Shown: in pieces, positions 16,426 to 22,949 of the stretch
Layout: each line of letters opens with the position of its first letter
Position numbering within the stretch: the first letter of the stretch is position 1
Source: Sinobaca qinghaiensis
Lineage (GTDB): Bacteria; Bacillota; Bacilli; Bacillales; Marinococcaceae
Direction: 5' to 3'
DNA length: 24,000 nt
NCBI RefSeq assembly: GCF_003610495.1
Contig: NZ_RAPK01000008.1
Span: 147,296-171,295, forward strand
Notes under the pieces: generated by a model
Database searches by the model: none
What the model was told of the DNA's origin: nothing
Seen by the model: only the letters and a program-made list of their open reading frames with translations
Program-made: the position numbers and the translations under genes

Positions 16426-18249
16426 TTATAGTAATTGAATAAAATCTTCATACGTTTTCACCTTCATTAAACGGTCCATCATGTCCCGGTACTTCATAAT
16501 TTGATAGATTTCCCTGTAAATATATTCATAACGCAGTTCGTCTTTTTCACTTAAAATAATCAAGAATACTACTTTTACATTGCTGTTTCCCCAGTCCAGT
16601 TCTCTGGCATTTACACCAATGTAAATAGATGAGGCAGGTACATGAGCTGAAAATAAGGGATGAGGTATAGCTATCTTGTTTCCAATTTCTGTGGAAGAAA
16701 GATTCTCTCTATCCATAATTCCTTCAAAAAAGGGCTCCAGGTTAAATTCTTCAGTCATCGCTTTTAAAAAACCCTGCTTGGTTTTTTCGTTAAGATAAAT
16801 AAACTTTGCCGGCTCCATATGTTCTTGAATCACATTTGGTGTAATCGTCTGTTTTATTTTAGAAATATCTTTTTGCTGTAATATAGGGTTAACCACAAGT
16901 ACTTTCTTTCCAGGAATTAAAACTGGCTGTGTAGACAGCAGAAAGGAAATACTGGCCGGTATGGATGAGGTATCTTTCCATTCATAAATATCTTCAATGT
17001 GAATCTGCTTGAAGTTTTTTTCTATTTTCTGTCTCATCAATGTGCTGATAATACTGCTTTCTGTTTGCAATAAACCAACATGAATAGAGAGCGTATCTAT
17101 TCTCTCAATAGCTGCCTCTATATGGAGGGTGATGTATCCTATTTCTTCTTCCGGTATAAATATATTCATTTTTTTTCCCATGATCTCCGCAAAAAATATA
17201 GACATTTGATAAGCTTGAATATAATCAGATTTTATTTGATTAAGATAAGGATTATAGATCGGCAGGCTATGATGCAGAACTTGAAGCGTATCAAGTAAGT
17301 GCATGTAAATACCTATGATAAGCTGTTCATCCTGCAGCAGTTCGTACCCGTACCTCTCACCAACCATCTGCAGCGTCTGCTGCGTAAGATGTTCTAATTC
17401 ATCAATATTTGTCTGCTGCACTTTCGAACATGGTAGAATTTTCAATCCTTTTATTTGAGATGCAAGGTAGTATATTTCAGATGCTTTATTAGCAGGCACT
17501 CTTTTCATTGATAATGCGTTTACGATAGTTTCAGCTAACATCAGGGAAGGATCATTTTTATCCAAAAGCCACTCATAATGCTCTACAGGTGGAGAAATCA
17601 GCTGTATGCAAACATGAATCATTAAAGCAGGCCAGGTGTACAAATTAAAAGCTGCTTCGTTCTCTTGTAAAAAACAGGTCATCGAACAGATTAATTCCTC
17701 CATACAATTCTGGTCGAGCTCCTGTTCAAATAAAAAGAATAGAATCTGTTTACATTCCTCCATTGAAGCAAATGATCGAATTGCCAGAGAGGCCATTAAC
17801 TGGCGCTTGGCCCATTCATGTCCGCTAAGCATGACGCCTCGGAAAGTTTCTGTGTGCAGTGTTAGAGGATAATGTTTTTCTTTAATCATTTCTGCTATTT
17901 TTTGAATGTCCGTGCTGATAGTTTGAGGAGAAAACCACAGACAGTCGGCTATTTCCTGATATGTGAGCCAGTTATTATTTTGTTTAAGCAATTTGATAAT
18001 GAAAAAAGTCCTTATATCCGGATCCATTTCATTTAAATTTTTCAATATTCTTATTTCTCCACATATTTTATAGCCAAATCGATTATTCGATTCAATAATC
18101 GCTTCTGTTAAATAACTTTCATTCAAGTCGCGAATATCATTTCGAACTGTACGAACGCTCACTCCTAGAATCTCTGCAAGCATCTTCCCGCTGATATACT
18201 CCTCCTCTCTATTTAACAGCTGCAGTAACTTAATGTGACGTTTTTTCAT
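16426..18249 (-). CDS. PRD-domain PTS-responsive transcriptional regulator (MtlR/ManR/LicR type: HTH plus PRDs plus EIIB-like plus EIIA-like)
   Basis: The 607-aa product has an N-terminal wHTH (ISGKMLAEILGVSVRTVRNDIRDLN), a central helical region with conserved His residues, and a C-terminal EIIA-2-like domain (GNKIAIPHP). It lies 18 nt upstream of the aldolase gene with no room for a promoter in between. Confidence 0.8.
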   Translation of the reverse strand: MKKRHIKLLQLLNREEEYISGKMLAEILGVSVRTVRNDIRDLNESYLTEAIIESNNRFGYKICGEIRILKNLNEMDPDIRTFFIIKLLKQNNNWLTYQEIADCLWFSPQTISTDIQKIAEMIKEKHYPLTLHTETFRGVMLSGHEWAKRQLMASLAIRSFASMEECKQILFFLFEQELDQNCMEELICSMTCFLQENEAAFNLYTWPALMIHVCIQLISPPVEHYEWLLDKNDPSLMLAETIVNALSMKRVPANKASEIYYLASQIKGLKILPCSKVQQTNIDELEHLTQQTLQMVGERYGYELLQDEQLIIGIYMHLLDTLQVLHHSLPIYNPYLNQIKSDYIQAYQMSIFFAEIMGKKMNIFIPEEEIGYITLHIEAAIERIDTLSIHVGLLQTESSIISTLMRQKIEKNFKQIHIEDIYEWKDTSSIPASISFLLSTQPVLIPGKKVLVVNPILQQKDISKIKQTITPNVIQEHMEPAKFIYLNEKTKQGFLKAMTEEFNLEPFFEGIMDRENLSSTEIGNKIAIPHPLFSAHVPASSIYIGVNARELDWGNSNVKVVFLIILSEKDELRYEYIYREIYQIMKYRDMMDRLMKVKTYEDFIQLL

Positions 18250-18307
18250 TATTTTCTCCCCTATGCATATATTAAAAAATTATATTAAGTATCACTATAT
18301 TAAAGTT

Positions 18308-18335
18308 CTTCCTAACTATTTAGGAAGCGCTTTCA
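18308..18335. promoter_or_regulatory. Palindromic candidate operator overlapping a cre-like (CcpA) site upstream of the PTS regulator gene
   Basis: A perfect inverted repeat CTTCCTAA-CTAT-TTAGGAAG spans 18308-18327. The overlapping TAGGAAGCGCTTTCA (18321-18335) matches the cre consensus WTGNAANCGNWNNCW at all but one position. The site is 59-86 nt upstream of the regulator ATG. Confidence 0.4.
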
Positions 18336-18469
18336 AATACTATGATTAAGCTTTTTAACATATATCTAATAGTAAATTTTTTTACATAAACTAGCTACTG
18401 AAAAAAAAATCAAGCATGAAGCTCGCTGCCCGTCTATTTAAATATCTTTTAGGAAAGCCCAACAGCTGC

Positions 18470-18505
18470 AAAAAACCCTCACCATTTTTTTGGCGAGGGT
18501 CTTTT
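18470..18505 (-). terminator. Rho-independent terminator of the TauE/SafE gene
   Basis: On the minus strand ACCCTCGCCA-loop-TGGTGAGGGT is followed by TTTTTTGC. The + strand stem arms lie at 18476-18484 and 18491-18499, with one mismatch. Confidence 0.7.
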
Positions 18506-18552
18506 ACTGACAAGATATTTTCCATTTATAAAGTATTTTTATACTTCAGCGT

Positions 18553-19323
18553 TTAAGAAGCCGTCATATACTCCCAAATATTAACCGCAATCAGCAGAAT
18601 AGTGACGATTACAAACAGCAGCTTCACGTAGGCAGCGCCTTTTTTTATAGCGAAATTCACACCCATGTATGCACCGGCCACCATCGCCAGCCCCATGGTG
18701 ATTCCATAAATAAAATGGACCGAGTCAAAGCTGATAAATGTAATGAGGGCAGCAATATTGCTTCCAAAATTCAGTACTTTGGCGTTGCCTGCCGCTTCTA
18801 CAAAGTTAAATCCCATCATCAGAAATGCAAATAACAGAAAGGAACCAGTGCCCGCCCCTAAAAACCCATCATAAAATCCGATGACAAAAGCTGCGGTTCC
18901 CGCAAACATTAATAAGGACACCGATATTCCTTTAAATGTCGATGCCATGCCCCAATCACGTTTTAAAATCGTATAAATGGTTACTATAATAAGCAGTACC
19001 AAAATAATGGGCTCCAGGACGTCCGGAGGCAGCAGCTGAACGATAAACACACCAAACACCGATCCGCCAAAGGAGAGCGGAAACAACATCCAGACGAGAC
19101 GCTTATTGATCTGGCCGTTGCGCATGAATGAAATCATACTCGTAAACGAACCCATCGTACTTGCCAGCTTGTTCGTGCCAAGCGCTGTAGAAGGCGGCAG
19201 TCCGGAAGCAAGCAGCGCTGGAGTGGAGATCATTCCGCCTCCTCCGACTACAGAATCAATAAAAGCTGCAAGAAATCCTGCTATAATGAGAAACAACATG
19301 ACGTATAATGATATATCTTCCAT
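18553..19323 (-). CDS. TauE/SafE-family anion (sulfite/organosulfonate) exporter-like membrane protein
   Basis: The 256-aa product has about 8 TM segments. The N-terminal FIDSVVGGGGMISTPAL and the internal repeat GFLGAGTGSF are typical of the TauE/YfcA family. AGGAG lies upstream. Confidence 0.75.
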   Translation of the reverse strand: MEDISLYVMLFLIIAGFLAAFIDSVVGGGGMISTPALLASGLPPSTALGTNKLASTMGSFTSMISFMRNGQINKRLVWMLFPLSFGGSVFGVFIVQLLPPDVLEPIILVLLIIVTIYTILKRDWGMASTFKGISVSLLMFAGTAAFVIGFYDGFLGAGTGSFLLFAFLMMGFNFVEAAGNAKVLNFGSNIAALITFISFDSVHFIYGITMGLAMVAGAYMGVNFAIKKGAAYVKLLFVIVTILLIAVNIWEYMTAS

Positions 19324-19419
19324 ATGTAAAACTCCTGTTTTCTATTTTCCCGTTTCCTAACCTTCTATACTATACAGAAAATGACATATCATTGCTATTG
19401 GAAAGGAGATTTTTTCTTT

Positions 19420-20046
19420 ATGCTGCCCGAAAAACTTACCGCCGAGGCAAAAAAACGCATTGCTCCCTATCGCTGTGAAGGATTTCTTGATGGAGAAAAT
19501 CCCACCAGCCCGGAGCTGTTTTTTATTGGAGAAGCCCCGGGTGAAACAGAAATATATAAAGGAGATCCTTTCGGCGGACGGGCCGGCAAACAGTTTCTCC
19601 AATATATTCAGTACCTTGGCTTTTCTCTCGAAGAAGTGTACGTCACTCGAACCATTAAAAGCAGGCCTTATACAGTGAAAGAAAAAAATGGGGAAAGGCG
19701 AAAGTATAACCGCACCCCTTCCAAAAAAGAGATTCTTGCCCATGCGCCGCTTCTTGATTATGAAATCAGCAGTGCCGATCCGGCCGTGCTGCTTCCAATG
19801 GGAAAAACACCGTACTGGCGGCTTCTCGGCAGAAGCCCCGCAATGTCAGAAACAGCAGGACATATGATGCGCTCACCAATCCGGCAGTATTCGGAGGAAT
19901 CCGACGGCTACGTGTGGTCGGAAAAAGAATATTCCATCTTTCCGCTGTATCATCCAGCAGCTTCCCTATACAACCGTTCGCTGGACCAGACTATTTATGC
20001 TCATCTTGATAAACTGGGAAAAGCTATAGCCTCAGGCACTTTTTAA
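19420..20046 (+). CDS. Uracil-DNA glycosylase superfamily protein, family-4-like, paralogue 1
   Basis: It has motif A FIGEAPGETE, PFGGRAGKQF, SRPY...NRTP and motif B LYHPAA. The listed ORF starts at 19381. I prefer the ATG at 19420 (MLPEKL...), which aligns exactly with the start of paralogue 2 and has GGAAAGGAG upstream. Confidence 0.75.
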   Translation: MLPEKLTAEAKKRIAPYRCEGFLDGENPTSPELFFIGEAPGETEIYKGDPFGGRAGKQFLQYIQYLGFSLEEVYVTRTIKSRPYTVKEKNGERRKYNRTPSKKEILAHAPLLDYEISSADPAVLLPMGKTPYWRLLGRSPAMSETAGHMMRSPIRQYSEESDGYVWSEKEYSIFPLYHPAASLYNRSLDQTIYAHLDKLGKAIASGTF

Positions 20047-20077
20047 ACGTTCCATATAAATAAGAAAGGATGGTTTT

Positions 20078-20722
20078 ATGCTTCCCGAAAAATTAATAGA
20101 TGCTGCAAAAAAACGACTCGCCCCCTATCCATGTGAAGGGTTTGTATCCGGGACAGGACCCGAAAACCCGGAGCTCATGTTTATCGGTGAAGCTCCCGGA
20201 GAAACAGAATTTCATAACGGTATCCCTTTTTCCGGCCGCGCCGGCAGGGAGTTTAACTCGTTTCTCCAGTATTTAGAGCTGGCCCGGGAAGATGTCTACA
20301 TTACAAGCGCTGTACGAAGCCGTCCTTACAAATGGGGAAATGCTTCCGGCAACCCAAATAAAAAATATAACCGCACTCCTACTTTAAAAGAAGTGACGGC
20401 TCATGCCCCTGTGCTGGATTACGAAATTCAAACCTTTCAGCCAAGGGTCCTTGTCCCAATGGGACGGGTGGCATACCGCCGGCTCACCGGTGAAAACCCC
20501 AGAATGTCCTCTGTTACAGGCATTCTTCAAAAGCAGCCCATATTAGAACTTACCTCCCCGGACAGTTATGAGTACCGATGGTCGAAAACGGACCATCTTT
20601 TATTCCCTATTTATCATCCGGCTGCTCTTTTATACAACCGTTCTCTTGAAAAATCCATGTATCAGCACTTAAGTATCCTGCAGGAAGTACTAAAACAGGA
20701 ACAAGCCGCCAGCCCAAAATAA
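20078..20722 (+). CDS. Uracil-DNA glycosylase superfamily protein, family-4-like, paralogue 2
   Basis: It shows the same architecture (FIGEAPGETE, PFSGRAGREF, SRPY...NRTP, IYHPAA). It is collinear with paralogue 1, with roughly half of positions identical by eye. It starts 31 nt after paralogue 1. Confidence 0.75.
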   Translation: MLPEKLIDAAKKRLAPYPCEGFVSGTGPENPELMFIGEAPGETEFHNGIPFSGRAGREFNSFLQYLELAREDVYITSAVRSRPYKWGNASGNPNKKYNRTPTLKEVTAHAPVLDYEIQTFQPRVLVPMGRVAYRRLTGENPRMSSVTGILQKQPILELTSPDSYEYRWSKTDHLLFPIYHPAALLYNRSLEKSMYQHLSILQEVLKQEQAASPK

Positions 20723-20749
20723 AAAAGCAGGAATAGTCCCTGCTTTTTG
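20721..20749. terminator. Bidirectional terminator between the UDG-like pair and the YqcI/YcgG gene
   Basis: The sequence is AAAAAAGCAGG-AATAGTC-CCTGCTTTTTG. Confidence 0.75.
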
Positions 20750-20750
20750 T

Positions 20751-21467
20751 CTATTTGTCATAATGGAAAGGGCATTTTCCTTTTATTGGTTTTATGTCAT
20801 CTCCAATAAAAAACTGTTTCCATTCGTTATGATCCGGGTCTCCAAAATGGCTGATGTCCGGATGTTTCGGCAGATCGTCCCATTTTTCTACTCGTTCCCT
20901 TACTTTTTCGCGCGACATAATCCCGCCTTTTTCCGTGCCCTCAAGCCCTTCAAATATCTTGCGCGGCTGAAAGCCAAGCACCATGCTATGTCCAAGGTCG
21001 CGTGTTTTTCTTTGTTTGTATGCCGGGGCATTGCCGAATACAAAAATAGGTTCTTTTTTAAAATGAAAATCCCATAAATAATGCTCCGGATCTTTTGGTT
21101 TATCCGTCGGCCAGTCCTGCGTGTCCTCTTCATGAAGAAACTGAAGAATATCCCAAAACTGCTTTCTGTACTGATCAATCGTTCCTTCTTTTTCTTCCGG
21201 TTCTACAAACACAAACAAACCGTGTCTGGTAAAGGGAGGTTCCTGGAACAATTCAAGAAACTCTTCTACTGCCATTGGAAGAGCGGACCAGTCTCGATGC
21301 TCTATATATGCATACCGTAGTTCACCTTTGTTTTCTGCCTTCATTCCAAAATAACACGGAAATGAAGCATCGGTTACAGTATCATGAAATGTTCGGTATT
21401 CCTGCAGAAGCCAATTTGGAAGATTCGTACCGTCTTCCATATCCTGCTTGGTGAGTAATGTTTTCAC
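20751..21467 (-). CDS. YqcI/YcgG-family protein (family includes heme-dependent N-N / N-O bond-forming enzymes); function here unknown
   Basis: The FPCYFG motif, LRYAYIE, and the overall length and acidic-aromatic composition resemble Bacillus YqcI/YcgG. The ORF is open to a TTG at 21521. I prefer the GTG at 21465-21467, preceded by AGGAGG at 6 nt (the protein then starts MKTLLTKQDMEDG). Confidence 0.65.
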   Translation of the reverse strand: MKTLLTKQDMEDGTNLPNWLLQEYRTFHDTVTDASFPCYFGMKAENKGELRYAYIEHRDWSALPMAVEEFLELFQEPPFTRHGLFVFVEPEEKEGTIDQYRKQFWDILQFLHEEDTQDWPTDKPKDPEHYLWDFHFKKEPIFVFGNAPAYKQRKTRDLGHSMVLGFQPRKIFEGLEGTEKGGIMSREKVRERVEKWDDLPKHPDISHFGDPDHNEWKQFFIGDDIKPIKGKCPFHYDK

Positions 21468-21524
21468 TGAATGCCTCCTTGTAGAGTATTTCTCTTCCAT
21501 ACCCCATAGGTCTGAAATCAAACG

Positions 21525-22361
21525 TTATAAATAAGACACCAGCATCGATTCGGATACATTCCAAAGCGTTTTCCGGTTTTCTTTATTATACGAAGCCGCA
21601 GAAGAGGCCTGCTCTCCTTTCGGCGTAAAATATTTGCCGGTTACTCCGTTGTATTTTTCAGATACGGCCAGATCTGCTTCCAGATCTGCCCCTGTTTTCA
21701 AGGAATCTCCTGCATATTTCGTAAAATAATGCAGTAGGCGGTAGGGCCCTTTATTGTTCATCGCGAACCCACTTGAAATATTGCCGGGATGCATAGCATT
21801 CACTTGAATATTTTCCGATTCAAGCTGTTCGGCTAATTCATAAGTGAACATAATCAAATACAGCTTTGCACCCGCATAGCTTTTCATCGCTCCGTATTTC
21901 TTTTCTCCCTGCAGATTGTCCGGCTCAAACTTCGCAAATTTGTGGCCCACGGAAGACACATTAACAATTCGTGCTTCGGTGCTTTTTCTCATCAGCGGCA
22001 GCAGTGTGCGGGTCAGCAGAACAACTCCCAAATAATTTAAAGCAAACGTTTCTTCCAGACGTTCTTTTGTGACTGTTCTTTTTTCAAACAAAGCTCCTGC
22101 GTTATTAATAAGAACATCAACAACTTGAAGCTTCTCTCCCAGTCTTTCAGCCACTACCCGGACATCTTCCAGAAGAGAAAGATCTGCCTGATAAAAAAAG
22201 ATATTCGGATTTGATGTTTCCCGCTTTAATGCTTCAATTACAGCTTCTCCTTTTTCCATGCTGCGTCCAATAATATGCAGGTGGTGCTGTTTCGCAGCAA
22301 GCAGGCGGGCGGTTTCACGGCCGATGCCGTTTGTCGCTCCTGTGATAACAATATTTTTCAT
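21525..22361 (-). CDS. Short-chain dehydrogenase/reductase (SDR) family oxidoreductase
   Basis: The 278-aa product has the TGATNGIG cofactor motif, NNAG, and a catalytic S...YxxxK (YAGAKLY). AGGAGGG lies upstream of the ATG. It is the first gene of a two-gene operon with the YqcI/YcgG gene. Confidence 0.85.
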   Translation of the reverse strand: MKNIVITGATNGIGRETARLLAAKQHHLHIIGRSMEKGEAVIEALKRETSNPNIFFYQADLSLLEDVRVVAERLGEKLQVVDVLINNAGALFEKRTVTKERLEETFALNYLGVVLLTRTLLPLMRKSTEARIVNVSSVGHKFAKFEPDNLQGEKKYGAMKSYAGAKLYLIMFTYELAEQLESENIQVNAMHPGNISSGFAMNNKGPYRLLHYFTKYAGDSLKTGADLEADLAVSEKYNGVTGKYFTPKGEQASSAASYNKENRKTLWNVSESMLVSYL

Positions 22362-22437
22362 ATAATATAAACCCTCCTATTTAATGCCGTCTTACAGCTA
22401 TACCCATATTTCTCTATCCGCAAGCGATACGACATTC

Positions 22438-22478
22438 CAAAAAAAAACGTTCTATGGAGGTTTTCTCCATAAAACGTT
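22438..22478 (-). terminator. Rho-independent terminator of the hxlR-type gene
   Basis: On the minus strand AACGTTTTATGGAGA-AAAC-CTCCATAGAACGTT is followed by T9. The stem starts at the stop codon. Confidence 0.8.
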
Positions 22479-22837
22479 TATTTATGATCCACCAGGTCTT
22501 TGCTGTGTTCCAGGTCAGCTGCTTCCCACTTTTCAGCCCAGGCATAAATTTCTTTTATTACCGGTTCGATGCCTTTGCCTTTTTCCGTTAATTCATACTC
22601 CACGCGGGGCGGAATCTCCGGATAAATTCTGCGAATTACCATGTTCGCAGCTTCCAGATCCTTCAGGCGCTCAGACAATAATCTGCCGCTGATTGCCATA
22701 TCTGCCTCGAGTTCCGTAAAGCGGCGCGGGCCATTAAGCAGTTTATACATCACGAGAACTACCCATTTTTTGCCAAGAAGATCCATTGCGTTCGTAATCA
22801 TGCATTTATCGGTTGTGCATTTATCTGATTGAGCCAT
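22478..22837 (-). CDS. HxlR/DUF24-family winged-helix transcriptional regulator with a conserved N-terminal Cys
   Basis: The 119-aa product has C12-x8-LGKKW, RFTELE, LSERLKDLE and PPRVEYELTEKG, the canonical HxlR-family pattern. Confidence 0.85.
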   Translation of the reverse strand: MAQSDKCTTDKCMITNAMDLLGKKWVVLVMYKLLNGPRRFTELEADMAISGRLLSERLKDLEAANMVIRRIYPEIPPRVEYELTEKGKGIEPVIKEIYAWAEKWEAADLEHSKDLVDHK

Positions 22838-22853
22838 GATAATTCCTCACTTC

Positions 22854-22897
22854 TTTGCGTTTTCTATATTATATCACAACGCAAATGTCAACTGTAA
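22854..22897 (-). promoter_or_regulatory. Candidate hxlR-type gene promoter (extended -10) embedded in an 8-bp inverted repeat (candidate operator)
   Basis: The minus strand has TGATATAAT (rc of 22868-76). TTGACA lies 12 nt upstream (rc of 22886-91) and TTACAG 18 nt upstream (rc of 22892-97). The inverted repeat TTTGCGTT-N16-AACGCAAA (22854-22885) brackets the -10 box and the likely transcription start. Confidence 0.5.
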
Positions 22898-22949
22898 GGT
22901 TTCAGAACAATCTATTTTTCAAATTAGAAAAAATACATATTTTTTCTGC

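Noticed and set aside
13544-18360. 9-nt direct repeat TTTTTAACA at 13544-13552 and 18352-18360 flanking the AT-rich PTS block, considered as a target-site duplication.
   Set aside because: It is a short low-complexity A/T string in A/T-rich intergenic DNA, so chance occurrence is plausible. No integrase, transposase or inverted terminal repeats accompany it.
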